From NCBI GenBank assembly GCA_002269645.1, contig NIVC01000163.1, forward strand, positions 310,001-374,000: DNA of 64,000 bases. The letters run 5' to 3'. Under the pieces are notes generated by a model, which was not told the DNA's origin, did not search any database, and saw only the letters and a program-made list of their open reading frames with translations. The stretch comes from Macrostomum lignano. Lineage: Eukaryota. Of this stretch, positions 17,901-37,970 are shown in pieces. The translations under genes and the position numbers were made by a program. Positions within the stretch are counted from its first letter, which is position 1, and each line of letters begins with the position of its first letter.

Positions 17901-20385
17901 AAGCGCACTTAACGGTACTTGCATTCTGCACTATTCCTGTCCTATTGTGTATTCGACGTCGTGGAATCAGGCAGAAAATAATAATTCAAACCGAACCCTC
18001 TACGTTGGCGTCTTCTCTAACCAGTATTCGCCGTTTCAAGAATCGAAAATCGCCCAACTGTTAGACAGCTATTCTTCGCTGGCTACGTACTTTGGCCTTG
18101 GTAGCATCCGAAACTTCGTGTTTCCGGTTGCAATTCGTAGCTATCAAACTAGCGTTTATCCTGTAATGGGAATATTTATTTTTGTTTTCATCTTCTCAAT
18201 TATCCCAGTGACATACATCAGCGATCCCCTCGAGGACAAGGACTCCAAGGTGCGCTATCATCTTCGCTCAATGGGAATGAGAAGTATTGGCTATTGGTTC
18301 AACACGTTTCTGCTCCACTGGTGCCAGTACGCTGTTTTTGTTCTTCTGTCAGCTATCCTGTTTGCTGCCATTATTCCCCGTAACTATGGAAACGCGTTTT
18401 TCATAGCTGGCGCTGGTCTGCCCTGCCTGTTTATCGGGTGCGCCAGCAACCAGTTGTGGGTCTACTCGATCGGAATTCTCCTAAAGAAACCCAACCCGAT
18501 AGTGACAGTGATCTACTTCTTCATCGCTATGTGGCTTAGCAGTGCCGTGTCGGCTGTGCAATTCAGCTACTTGGCCAGCATTATAACAATATGGTTGTTG
18601 CCTCCGTTTGCCACCGTTTCACTAGTCTTCTTTGTCGTGAAGTTGTCCATCTATGCAACGTCTTATTACAATCTAGATAGCATTAGCGACATACCAAACC
18701 AGGCATACGTATACTTCTCCAATCCTTACGTTCTCCATTCGCTAATAGCGGTGATTGCTCACATAGTTCTGCTGATTGCGTTCATTGCAATGATGGAGAA
18801 CAGATCGGAGATTGCGTCAGCGTGCGGCAGGGCTCTGCGACGGAAGACAAACATTCAGCAGCAGATGCTGAACCAGAGCTCGGATGCAGGAGTCAAGCAG
18901 GAAATCGAGCGCATTGGCCAGTCCAACAGGAGTAGACAAAATGTGCTGGAGGTTCAAAGTCTAGAGAAAAAGTACGACAACGGAGTGCTAGCGGTGAAGG
19001 GCGTGTCATTTGGAGCCATCTCGGGTGAAATATTCGGCCTACTTGGGCCTAACGGAGCCGGCAAGACAACCACTCTAGCTGTTGTTGTTGGCGAGGAGGT
19101 GGCCACGGGCGGCAGCTGCGAGGTGTGCTCCCACGATATCTGGATGTCTGGAAGCGACGGTGCCACCAATGGAGCAGTTGGCTATTGTCCTCAGCACAAT
19201 CCTTTGTTCGACAGCATCACAGTGATGGAGCATCTGGAATTCTATTCTAGAATCCGTGGCGTGCCCAAAAACGTGGCCGCTAAGCAGATTCCAAACCTGG
19301 TGAACGGCCTGGGCCTCAGCGAGCACCGCGATAAGCAAGCGGAACAGCTGTCGGGTGGTAACAAGCGCCGTCTCTGCCTGGCAATTTCTCTTCTGGGCAA
19401 TCCTTCCCTGGTCGTCATTGACGAGGCCTCGACAGGTGTCGATCCGGAGGCCAAGCGTCTAATTTGGAGTGCTATTCGCGGCATGGCGAACGACCAGCGG
19501 TCAGTGGTGGTGACAACCCACAGCATGGAAGAAGTGGAAGCACTCTGCAGCCGCGTCGGGATCATGAACCACGGCTACATGATTGCGTTCGGCACAATAC
19601 AACAGTTGAGAAGTCGGTAAGTGTGGTTGCTTGGTAGCATTCCTGCCTGCTATTTGATACATGGTCCTTGGACTAATGGTCCTTGCGCTTAGATCTGTGC
19701 CACATCCGTAGAGAAGAGTAGGGGAGGGGACAAGCAACGCAGAAAAACTATCAAGAGATTGAGCCGAGAAATTTTCTTAGGGAGACCAGGCTTTCCATTT
19801 AAAAAAGGTCCGATGACACGGGAAGACGCCAACATAGCCATAGAATCACGCGAGCATTCTAGAATTTTCGACCACCTACAACGTATGCAGAGAGAAATAT
19901 AATGGATATGAATATTCTTCCAATAGCGCGCCTTAACATTTAGGTAAGAATAAACTGGGCTAGCTGGCTAGTTGAATTACGCCCGTATATACATCTTTGG
20001 TTATCAATGTAAACCAACCCAACACGCCAGATACGGACATGCCTATACGCTTGACATTCTGCTTAACGTCACAAGCGATCTGCAGCCAAGCCAGGTGCGC
20101 GACAAGATGCGTCGCGTGATCAACGCCGTCATGGAAAAGTTTCCGCACTGCAAAATCTCTGAGGAGCTTTCTAATCGCGTCCAGTTTCTGGTGCCCCAGG
20201 ATTCCATTGGTAGCAGCTTGTCGGATGCCCTGGCTTGGCTCACCGAGAACCAAGCCGCTCTAAGCATTCAATACTTCACGTTCTACCAGATGTCGCTCGA
20301 TCAAGTCTTTGTTCGTCTGATTAAAGAGCACGAAGACGTCAAGGGTAAAGACAACACTGCGTTCCGTTCGATTGAAGATCTATAA
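14917..20385 (+). CDS. ABCA5-like: Full-length ABC transporter subfamily A (ABCA5/6/8/9/10-like), about 1644 aa; exons 14917-16423, 16544-19616, 20031-20385
   Basis: TMD-NBD-TMD-NBD architecture. NBD1: GHNGAGKTT, LSGGQKRKL, FLDEPTSGLDP, CAGSSLFLK. NBD2: GPNGAGKTT, LSGGNKRRL, IDEASTGVDP, TTHSMEEVEALC. The N-terminus is MEFFRQ...LLIWLK. Two GT-AG introns are phase-consistent and the total is 4935 nt. Confidence 0.93.
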
Positions 20386-20624
20386 AATTCGAATGCACTT
20401 CGAGAATGAATTGATGTTGTGAAAAAATTACAATTAACTAAAAACAAAAACTTCTTCGCGCATCATGTTATTCTAGCCTGAAACACTGTGTTAAACCGAT
20501 AAATACTTGTTACTGCCCTTAATATTTGTTGTTGTGCACTATTACGTGGAATTTCAAAATTAGCAATTCCCACCTCCAATTACAGGAGTTATTAGTCAAG
20601 CAAACAACTGTTGCTGTTGGACAT

Positions 20625-21170
20625 TGGAATAACTGTTAGTCAGAACTAAATACCTGTTATACAGAATTAACTACCTGTTAGACAGAATTTAATACCTGTT
20701 AGACAGAACTAAATACCTGTTAGACAGAAATAAATATCTCTTAGATAGAATTAAATACCTGTTAGACAGAAATAAATATCTCTTAGATAGAATTAAATAC
20801 CTGTTAGACAGAAATAAATATCTCTTAGATAGAACTAAATACCTGTTAGACAGAAATAAATATCTCTTAGATAGAATTAAATACCTGTTAGACAGAAATA
20901 AATATCTCTTAGATAGAACTAAATACCTGTTAGACAGAAATAAATATCTCTTAGATAGAATTAAATACCTGTTAAACAGAATAAAATATCTGTTAGACTG
21001 AACTAAATACCTGTTAAACAGAATTGAATACCTGTTATACAGAACTAAATACCTGTTAGACAGAATTAACTACCTGTTAGACAGAAATAAATATCTCTTA
21101 GATAGAATTAAATACCTGTTAGACAGAACTAAATACCTGTTAGACCGAATTAACTACCTGTTAGACACAA
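20625..21170. repeat. About 20-bp minisatellite with core TACCTGTTAGACAGAA
   Basis: Tandem copies downstream of the ABCA stop, with alternating variants. Confidence 0.88.
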
Positions 21171-21867
21171 TGGAATACCCGATGTTGGTAGTTCATTCTA
21201 TGCATGCAATATAAATTCTCTAACTGTACTCAAGGAAAATCTATTATTATTCTTCTGTATTCTAGATAATATTTTTCAAAATCTTCAAAACCTCTATATT
21301 TAACTGTTGTATTGTTCTTTTTCAATTTACTTTTTTTGTCTGACAGAAGTTTTACGTGGCACAGATAGAAAGCAATACAAATGAATTAAATTTTCTACAA
21401 GTTTAAGGATGCTTACCAATAAATTATACCGGAAGTAGCAAATGGAAGGTAAACATATTACGAGTATTTAATACGCCAATCGTATTTATGGCTCTATGCA
21501 TCTTGCACAAACAAAAGGGATATATGCTGCGAAACATGCAATGCAAGCAAAAATGGTTAAAAATAGCAAATAAATCTGCAGTAGCATTTTGTATTCTGTT
21601 AAGGATACGTTGCATCCTCAAAGAGACGCTAAGCCTCAATCAAGCATGAAACACAAAATAGGTACTTAACGGGCTTCACAGGTAGATTCGATCTGCTAAG
21701 CAAATATACGCTCGTATAAATCGAAACGTTTAACATAAACACTTTGGTTATTATTGCTAACTGATACACTTGATATGGCCGAGTATTTCAAGTCACGTGA
21801 CAGATGCTGTGTAGGAAATAAAAATATGCGTTTTGTAGATGTGGCAAATCAAAGCCTGTTAGAGTTC

Positions 21868-22545
21868 GAATACCTGTTAGACAGAACGGAATACCTGCTA
21901 GACAGAATGGTGTACCTGTTAGACAGAATGGTGTACCTGTTAGACAGAAAGGTATACCTGTTAGACAGAATGGTGTACCTGTTAGACAGAATGGTATACC
22001 TGTTAGACAGAATGGTGTACCTGTTAGACAGAATGGAATACCTGCTAGACAGAATGGAATACCTGTTAGACAGAATGATGACCTGTTAGACAGAATGGTG
22101 TACCTGTTAGACAGAATGGTGTAACTGTTAGACAGAATGGTGTAACTGTTAGACAGAATGGTGTACCTGTTAGACAGAATGGTGTAACTGTTAGACAGAA
22201 TGGTGTAACTGTTAGACAGAATGGTGTACCTGTTAGACAGAATGGTGTAACTGTTAGACAGAATGGTGTACCTGTTAGACAGAATTGTGTACCTTTTAGA
22301 CAGAATGGTGTAACTGTTAGACAGAATGGTGTACCTGTTAGACAGAATGGTGTAACTGTTAGACAGAATGGTGTACCTGTTAGACAGAATTGTGTACCTT
22401 TTAGACAGAATGGTGTACCTGTTAGAAAGTATGGTATACCCTGTTAGATAGAATAGTGTACCTATTAGACAGAATGGTGTACCTGTTAGACAGAATGGTG
22501 TACCTGTTAGACAGAATTGTGTACCTGTTAGACAGAATAAGAGCT
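21868..22545. repeat. 21-bp minisatellite (TACCTGTTAGACAGAATGGTG)
   Basis: Shares its core with the 20625-21170 array. Confidence 0.9.
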
Positions 22546-23104
22546 GGAACCAGAGTGTTAAAAGCTCACGATGAAATCGCAAATTAAAAGGCATAAAGTC
22601 AATCTGAAATTAATTTGAATATTCTAGCTCGTATGAATATATTTAGGCACAAGAAAAAATAATTTTATGAAATTTAATCACATGGCTGATAAATTAATAC
22701 TCGTAAGTCGAGTCTTGGATAGAACTTTAAAAAAATAACTGAAAATTCTGCTAACAAAAATGCAGAAATATTTAAAAAATTATTTTTTTAGTTTTTCTAA
22801 ATTAGAAAACAAGAATAATTATTTGAAAACAGTTGTCAAAAAATCTGATTAATTTTGATCTCAAGTTGCTTAACAAAAGAACTGAGTGATTAGATCAATA
22901 CTTGGCTAGAACAGTGAGTGATTTATAATCTTTCTTAAGTTATTAAAAAGGAAAATATGTAGCAAATATCGACTTCAGAACTGATTACCTAAAAAATTAA
23001 ACATAAAAAATTTCCAATAAAATAAAATCGTTCGATGAGACTGAAAATATGACAATGACTAAATTGTGACTGGGACTAGAACTAATGGCCTGCGATTTTG
23101 GGGA

Positions 23105-24725
23105 TGAAAACTGGGTCATGAGAGTCATCAACTGACAAACTGGAACATGAGAGTCATCACCTGACCAACTGGGTCATGAGAGTCATCACCTGACCAACTG
23201 GGTCATGAGAGTCATCAACTGACAAACTGGAACATGAGAGTCATCACCTGACCAACTGGGTCATGAGAGTCATCACCTGACCAACTGGGTCATGAGAGTC
23301 ATCAACTGACAAACTGGAACATGAGAGTCATCACCTGACCAACTGGGTCATGAGAGTCATCACCTGACCAACTGGGTCATGAGAGTCATCACCTGACCAA
23401 CTGGGTCATGAGAGTCATCACCTGACCAACTGGGTCATGAGAGTCATCACCTGACCAACTGGGTCATGAGAGTCATCACCTGACAAACTGGGTCATGAGA
23501 GACATCACCTGACCAACTGGGTCATGAGAGTCATCACCTGACCAACTGGGTCATGAGAGTCATCACCTGACCAACTGGGTCATGAGAGTCATCACCTGAC
23601 AAACTGGGTCATGAGAGTCATCACCTGACCAACTGGGTCATGAGAGTCATCACCTGACCAACTGGGTCATGAGAGTCATCACCTGACCAACTGGGTCATG
23701 AGAGTCATCACCTGACCAACTGGGTCATGAGAGTCATCACCTGACAAACTGGGTCATGAGAGTCATCACCTGACCAACTGGGTCATGAGAGTCATCACCT
23801 GACCAACTGGGTCATGAGAGTCATCACCTGACCAACTGGGTCATGAGAGTCATCACCTGACCAACTGGGTCATGAGAGTCATCACCTGACAAACTGGGTC
23901 ATGAGAGTCATCACCTGACCAGGGTCATGAGAGTCATCACCTGACCAACTAACTAGGTCATGAGAGTCATCACCTGACCAACTGGGTCATGAGAGTCATC
24001 ACCTGACCAACTGGGTCATGAGAGTCATCACCTGACAAACTGGGTCATGAGAGTCATCACCTGACCAACTGGGTCATGAGAGTCAGCACCTGACCAACTG
24101 GGTCATGAGAGTCATCACCTGACCAACTGGGTCATGAGAGTCATCACCTGACCAACTGGGTCATGAGAGTCATCACCTGACCAACTGGGTCATGAGAGTC
24201 ATCACCTGACAAACTGGGTCATGAGAGTCATCACCTGACCAGGGTCATGAGAGTCATCACCTGACCAACTAACTAGGTCATGAGAGTCATCACCTGACCA
24301 ACTAACTAGGTCATGAGAGTCATCACCTGACCAACTGGGTCATGAGAGTCATCACCTGACAAACTGGGTCATGAGAGTCATCACCTGACCAACTGGGTCA
24401 TGAGAGTCAGCACCTGACCAACTGGGTCATGAGAGTCATCACCTGACCAACTGGGTCATGAGAGTCATCACCTGACAAACTGGGTCATGAGAGTCATCAC
24501 CTGACCAACTGGGTCATGAGAGTCATCACCTGACCAACTGGGTCATGAGAGTCATCACCTGACCAACTGGGTCATGAGAGTCATCACCTGACCAACTGGG
24601 TCATGAGAGTCATCACCTGACCAACTGGGTCATGGGAGTCATCACCTGACCAACTGGGTCATGAGAGTCATCACCTGACCAACTGGGTCATGAGAGTCAT
24701 CACCTGACCAACTGGGTCATGAGAG
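23105..24725. repeat. 29-bp satellite (ACTGGGTCATGAGAGTCATCACCTGACCA), about 55 copies
   Basis: Highly homogeneous array between the ABCA and PCYT2 3' ends. Confidence 0.95.
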
Positions 24726-24972
24726 TAGGTCAAGAGTAGGTAAAACTAGGTCAATTGTAAAATTAAAAAATTCTCAATCATGCAAACAAAAAAGCATCTA
24801 GCATAAACGAATTGTCGTACAAGAAAAAGCGCTAAAATATGAAAAATTAGAAAGCAACTAGAAAAAGCAACAAAAATATTAATAATAGTATTAGTAACAA
24901 GAGAGATAGTAACTCGGCAGTTATAGCATATACGAGTATACTGACAGAATTCTTACTATTGATGGGCACACG

Positions 24973-32035
<7,063 letters not shown>

Positions 32036-33180
32036 TGTGTTCGTAATTTCTAGAATTTACTACTGACGTTTATACAAACAACAAGTTAACTGAAGCTATA
32101 CAAATAAATTAGGGTTATATCCAAGTGTATTATTATTATTTTTATTATCAAAGGCTATTATTAAACAGGAATAATGCTTTTAGTAGTGATCTAAAGATAA
32201 ACTTAAAACTCAACGGCGTGAACCCACTGCATAAAGACACTGTCAGGACGGATTCGAAATTAACTGTAAAGATGTAAAACAGAGGTATACTGATTACTAC
32301 CCAATAAACTTAAATAGTGGATGCAGCTTTAAGACACTTTAAAGATTTCAGGAGCTCATGGAATTATGGAAAGGGAGTTAAGTTTAATAGAAGTTACCGC
32401 AACTTTTAAAATCCTCGTTCCTGGAAAATGTCTTTTTTGAAAATTTGTCCTTATTTTTAAGGCTTAAACTGGATAAACTAAATTTTTGAGCTGAACGCAA
32501 TGAGATTTTTTAAATTTAAAATAGTGCCTTCTCTAGAAAGTAAAAAAATTATTACGATGCCTTTTAATGCCGCAAAAAATCCTGCAATTTAAAGTAGTTC
32601 CGCAGATTCAAGAACAAATAAAAAGTAGTATTTGAACTCATTCCTTAGTAGTTTTTAAGTTGCATTTGCCTCTTAGCTTGACTAGCGTTAGATAATTTGC
32701 AGGCCTTGTGTAGTGTTGTAGTTAGGCAACTCTATACTGTATGTACTGGTTAGGCTAAGGAATCTATTTATTTTTAGATTAGGCCTAGCTAAACAATAGT
32801 AAACATCAAATTTATTAACTCTACAGTCTCTACTAGGCCACACACTAGGGGCCTATCCTTAAATGCTATGGCTATGGGAGTATGGCTATTTTTTATATGG
32901 AATTACAAGATCCCTATCCTATCAGTGTCATGTCAGAGCATACATGAAAAAAGCTAGGTGATAGGTTTACATTTTAGCAATATAGGAATTAAATTTTATT
33001 ACAATTAGGCCTATAGATTCTAATACTATAGGCAGTTGTTATTTGTCCAGTGACCAGACGAATAGCAACATGGTTATTTGTCTGGTTACCAGATAAATAG
33101 CCATTTCACTAGGCCTATTTGTCTAGTTAAATAGATATTACTATTTATATATGTTTATATTTTTATGAATATGATATTTC

Positions 33181-33640
33181 CCATAGTCCGGAAGGTGGCC
33201 TTTACGCCGGAATTTTCCGGCGTAATTTTGCACTTGCTGACAATCTTGGCGTACATTTGGCGTATAGAATATTCAGGTTCAACATGAAGTGTAAACAACC
33301 GGCGTACAAGAAATAGAAAAGTTCAGGGCTGATGCAATCGTGTAGTTAAATATCAATTAACCAAAGCTCTTCTGAATATAAACGGTTAACAAAACAAAAA
33401 ATATTAACGAAATTTATGAGAAAAACAAAATTAAAACAAAGAATATTAGTTTTTGGAAAAAGTCAGCCGTTTTCAAGTAAATAATTATTTTTAAGTTTTA
33501 AAAAATACAAATTCTTTAAAAAGTTGGCGTATAAACAACTTTTAACTTGGCGTAAAAAATTTTTGAACTTTACGTCGGCGTAAAATTGAAAAGAGACGAA
33601 TTTTCACTCCGGCGTACGCCTGCCATGATCCAGACTATGG
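33181..33640. mobile_element. 460-bp MITE with CCATAGTCYGGA termini and 8-bp TSD
   Basis: The 5' end reads CCATAGTCCGGA and the 3' end TCCAGACTATGG. GATATTTC occurs on both sides (33173-33180 and 33641-33648). There are internal TACGCC/GGCGTA subterminal repeats and no ORF. Superfamily not assigned. Confidence 0.8.
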
Positions 33641-33667
33641 GATATTTCTAGATTTTAAAGACTTTTT

Positions 33668-34150
33668 GGCATAGTTCTAGTTTACTTCGTTATATTATTT
33701 CATAATTCTACTTTACTTCGTTATATTAATTTCATGTATTTTCTTGCAACGCCACATGCTACCTAGGACCTGTATCATTACCGATGGCTAGCTGGCCTAT
33801 GCTGGGCTACAGAATCATGCAGTGGTAAACCACCATCTATATTTCATGGATCCGGCTGACCCAACAGTGCACACAAACCACATCGAGGGGATGTGGGCCC
33901 TGGCCAAGAGGCGCCTATGCGCCATGCATGGAATGAGCAATGCGCTTTTTGAGGCCCATCTTGAGGAGTACATCTGGCGCCGCATGTACTGGTACCATAA
34001 CAACCCCTTTGGTGCCATGCTGTACTGGGCCTCTGTTTATTATCCTGTTTAAGACTTGACTTGACCTTGAACCTGAAATTGATAGAAAAATGGGGTAAAA
34101 TAATTTAATGAAAGGCAGAATAATATAACAAAGTAAACTAGAACTATGCC
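33668..34150 (+). mobile_element. Internally deleted Merlin (IS1016/IS1595-like) DNA transposon
   Basis: 32-bp TIR GGCATAGTTCTAGTTTACTTYGTTATATTATT with 1 mismatch, 8-bp TSD GACTTTTT (33660-33667 and 34151-34158), and an enclosed transposase C-terminal fragment. Confidence 0.88.
33757..34052 (+). pseudogene. Merlin DDE transposase C-terminal fragment
   Basis: Reads TCIITDG*LAYAGL...VNH...FMDPADPTVHTNHIEGMW...K...EYIWRR, matching the SDxWxxY / HTNxIExxW / ExxWR pattern of Merlin transposases. It has a TGG>TAG stop and lacks the N-terminus. Confidence 0.82.
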
Positions 34151-34924
34151 GACTTTTTACTCTTACTTTTTTGTTTAATATATTGTTATACTACTTTAAC
34201 TCTAGTATACATCCATCTAGTCTAAATTTTGTCTGACTGCTTCCTGTCTTGTACTTGTACCTTTCTATGCTATGCACCATTTTATGAGGCAAAGTGCAGG
34301 GAGGATGCAATGTGTAAAAATTAGACTCAATAATGAGAAGTTTCAATAACCATGTTCAATAACCAGAATAAATATATTAATAAGATCTATACCCGTGTGG
34401 CCATCTGATCAGGTTTTTTGCCCGGTAGGCGATCGGGATTTTTGCCTGGTTTGTAATACATTTTTCCTATCTAAAAACCCAAAAATCCTCGGGAAAGTGG
34501 TCTCAAAAATGGACGAAGACAGCAGTTTTGTCTGGTTGTTCGTCAGGAATTTCATAGAGGACATCAGGTATTTTCTCGGGTTTCTCTTCGGCTACTCAAA
34601 CTGATGAGTACCCTGAATAAAACCTGACAAATGACCAGATAAAAGTGTAATAGCAGAACCCGGCAAATAACCAGGGCAAAATCAGACTAAAACCTAACAA
34701 AAGCGACACAACGACCCAACCATACATGCGCAACTGCTGGCCGACCTGGCCGATCCGGCCACCGTAAATCGTGGCTGACCAGGGGTAAGTCGCAAAATTG
34801 AGTCAACCAAAAACAGAAAAACACAAGAACCAAGAAAGGCAAGAGGAAAGCGAAATAAAGAGCAGTTCAGGGAAAATCGTGAAGCAAAAGAAAAACAATT
34901 CGCAAAAGAAGCAAACTAAGTTGT

Positions 34925-35650
34925 AAAAATAATCAGGTACTGGTAAGTCGCAACAGGAATCAGGTAAGTCGCAAAAGAAGCAAACTATGTCGCAAAAAGG
35001 ATCAGGTAAGTCGCAAAAGGGTTAGGTAAGTCGCAAAAGGATTAGGTAAGTCGCAAAAGGGTTAGGTAAGTCGCAAAAAGGATTAGGTAAGTCGCAAAAG
35101 GGTTAGGTAAGTCGCAAAAGGATTAGGTAAGTCGCAAAAAGGATCAGGTAAGTCGCAAAAAGAATCAGGTAAGTCGCAAAAGGATCAGCAAAGTCGCAAA
35201 AGGATTAGGTAACTCGCAAAAAGGATTAGGTAAGTCGCAAAAAGGATCAGGTAAGTCGCAAAAAGAATCAGGTAAGTCGCAAAAGGATCAGCAAAGTCGC
35301 AAAAGGATTAGGTAACTCGCAAAAAGGATTAGGTAAGTCGCAAAAAGGATTAAGTAAGTCGCAAAAAGGATTAGGTAAGTCGCAAAAGGGTTAGGTAAGT
35401 CGCAAAAGGATTAGGTAAGTCGCAAAAGGATTAGGTAAGTCGCAAAAAGGATTAGGTAAGTTGCAAAAGGGTTAGGTAAGTCGCAAAAGGATTAGGTAAG
35501 TCGCAAAAGGGTTAGGTAAGTCGCAAAAAGGATTAGGTAAGTCGCAAAAGGGTTAGGTAAGTCGCAAAAGGATTAGGTAAGTCGCAAAAGGATTAGGTAA
35601 GTCGCAAAAAGGATTAGGTAAGTCGCAAAAAGAAGCAACTAAGTCGCAAT
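34925..35650. repeat. About 21-bp subterminal-motif array (GATTAGGTAAGTCGCAAAAG) inside the nested TIR element
   Basis: Tandem amplification of the GGTAAGTCGC motif, which is also present near the right end (46083-46116). Confidence 0.88.
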
Positions 35651-35807
35651 AAGAGGGAAGTAAGTCACAATCAGAGGCAATCAGGGGGTAGTAGGTGCAA
35701 GTGTGGCAGGAGAGCAAAAACAGAATAGAAGCCTTCAACAACAGACAAGATCTTTGAAATCAGAAGCCCGCGTCAACAGTTTCCCATTGATTTCTTAAAC
35801 TCTGGAG

Positions 35808-35860
35808 CAGGGGTCGGCAAACTCCGGCTCGCGAAGCCCCTCTATCTGGCCCTCGCCCCT
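35808..35860 (+). mobile_element. Isolated hAT (Charlie-like) terminus
   Basis: CAGGGGTCGGCAAACTCCGGCTCGCG resembles common hAT TIR starts. No partner end was found. Confidence 0.4.
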
Positions 35861-35899
35861 CGGGTTCTTTGAAACTTCCTAACTACGAGTAGCAAGGTT

Positions 35900-36570
35900 G
35901 GTGTCTCTTCAACTCTCATCTCTCTCTTCTTCTCTACCTTGCCTCCCCTCTTCTCTCTCCCCCCTTTTCCCTCTTCTCTCTCCTCTCATTTTTACTCTCC
36001 TCTCTTCTCCCCTTTCTCTCTACCCTTTCTCCTCAATGCCCTCTTCTCTCCTCTTATCTTCAGCAAAAATATGTGCATATTTTCTTACTTCAAAGTAGAG
36101 GGAATAGAAGATTAGAGATAAGCAAACAGAGGAGAGGCGAGCGATGCGATGGGAGAAAAGATAGAAGAGGAGAGAAAAGCTGAGGGAGGAAAAAGAGATG
36201 AGAGAGAAGAGGAGATTAGAGGAAAGAGGAAAGAAATGATGATGGATGAGATCAGAAGAGAGGAAAGAGGAAAGAGGAGAGAGTAGATGAGAGAAGAGAG
36301 GATAAAGAGGAGATGAGAGGAGAGTGAAGAGAGGAGAGATGAGAGAGTAGAAAAGAGAGGAGAGATAAGATGAGAGTAGAGTGGAGAGAGACGAGAGGGA
36401 AGATAAGATGAGAGAGTAGAGTGGAATGGAGAGAGACGAGAGGAGAGATAAGAATGTAGAGAGGAGACAGAAGAGATAGGAGAGGAGAGGAGAGAGAGGA
36501 GAGGAAAGAGAGAAGGGATAAGGGATGAGAGAGAAAAGAAAAAGAGGATGAGAAGATTGAGGAATGGAGA
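35900..36570. repeat. CT-rich then GA-rich low-complexity tract
   Basis: A pyrimidine block followed by a purine block. Confidence 0.8.
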
Positions 36571-36965
36571 GAATTTGCAAAGGCCTCAAATCTTAGTTTA
36601 ACATGCATTACTCCCATCTTTGCCTTTTTCCTAACTGTTAACAAGTTTTTGTTTGAGCATGACTTCAAATTTAGAATCTATGCAAAAATAGTTCCGGGAA
36701 TTAGAATTCAGTGGTTTAAAAATCTGTGGGTTTTCACAGCTTGTATCTCTACTGGATTCGTATTCTGCATCTGATGAGCCATCTGAATCAGGGCTCTCAT
36801 CTTCCATGCCAAATCGTCTAGCAAATCGTTCTTGAGCTATAGGTCACACTGTATTCACTTCACTTACTTCTGGACATTCATGAATCATGACTTTTGTAGT
36901 ATGCTCACTACACTGTACTGACAATTTACTAATTGCTTCATGCCGCCACTAGATGACACTGATTA

Positions 36966-37961
36966 TGAAATACTTGGGGTTTTCTTCCCGGTTTAGGCCC
37001 TTGCGGATTACCTTAATCTTGAGCCTCTTCAGTGGGAAGTTCTCTCAACTCTCTCAGTAGCGTAGGTAGTGCTGCCACCAGTTCCTTCAGGTCTCGGCCT
37101 TCGATGAGGTGAGCTTCCCGTCGGAACGAAATAAACAAGTCAACGAACTCAGCACAGTGTGCAGATTTGCAGATTAATGAACAAGGCGTCCTGATCAGCA
37201 GATCCCCGCCGGGCTCAGGGGTGGCTAGGAAGGCAGTGTTAGCCTCCCTTAGGCTTGGGCTTTAGTGGGGTCTCAGTCAGACCAGTACAAACGGATTCAG
37301 TACGCAAAGGGCACTTAGTTAGACACTGACGCACACGGGTTCTTAGTGAATTCTCCGCAGATAAGAAGCCAAAATCCTTGACGGAAACAAGGGGAGAGGG
37401 GTCCTATTTATAGCCGGGAAACACCCACGCACAAGACCTCGTGACTTGTTCTATTTTTAGAACTGACGTCACTTGAGATCTCGAGGCAGGGTCTCAGTGC
37501 GCGCAAGACCTCGTGACTCGTTCTATTTTTAGAACTGACGTCACTTGAGGTCTCCGGCCAGAGTACACGCGGCTGTGACTCAGTTGCTATTTTTAGCAAC
37601 ATGAGTCACTCCTCTCCTTAGAGAAGGGAGGGTTCCGAAAGCACGTGATTCTCCCGGTAAACAGGGCCAACGAGTGCAGTAAACATGTTTACTGCACTTT
37701 AGGACTCGAAGAACGCAGAGTCTGTCATGTGACTTGCTCACATGACAGAGGAAAACGGGACGGGAACGAAACAGAGACAGCCCACAGCAGAGAAGCTGAG
37801 GGCTGAGAACAGAGACGCAGAAAGGCAGAACAGGCCAAGGGCAGCAACAGACGGGCCAAGGGGGGTGGGAAGCTGACCAGCGGCAGACAGCAACCCAGGG
37901 CGAGGGCGAGGGAGACTGCTGACAAAGTGGGACGCCTAACATCAACTAGCGGATCACTACA
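36966..37961 (-). repeat. Gypsy 3' LTR
   Basis: Same length as 44962-45957 at a constant offset of 7996. I saw only one substitution (near 37817 versus 45813). TATAAA lies on the minus strand near 37410. Confidence 0.95.
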
Positions 37962-37970
37962 CTCTCCCCG
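37962..37970 (-). promoter_or_regulatory. Polypurine tract
   Basis: The minus strand reads GGGGAGAG immediately before the TG of the 3' LTR. Confidence 0.7.

Noticed and set aside
23105-24725. CRISPR-like appearance of 27-39-bp repeat arrays
   Set aside because: The units are head-to-tail with no unique spacers, there are no cas genes, and the context is eukaryotic and intronic.
33040-34356. 12-bp inverted match (AACATGGTTATT at 33067 and 34345) suggesting an older enclosing element
   Set aside because: The match is too short and there is no TSD.
36620-36830. Minus-strand open frame of about 70 codons (QERFARRFGMEDESPDS...) inside the nested TIR element, as a possible captured exon
   Set aside because: Too short and unrecognisable to distinguish from chance.
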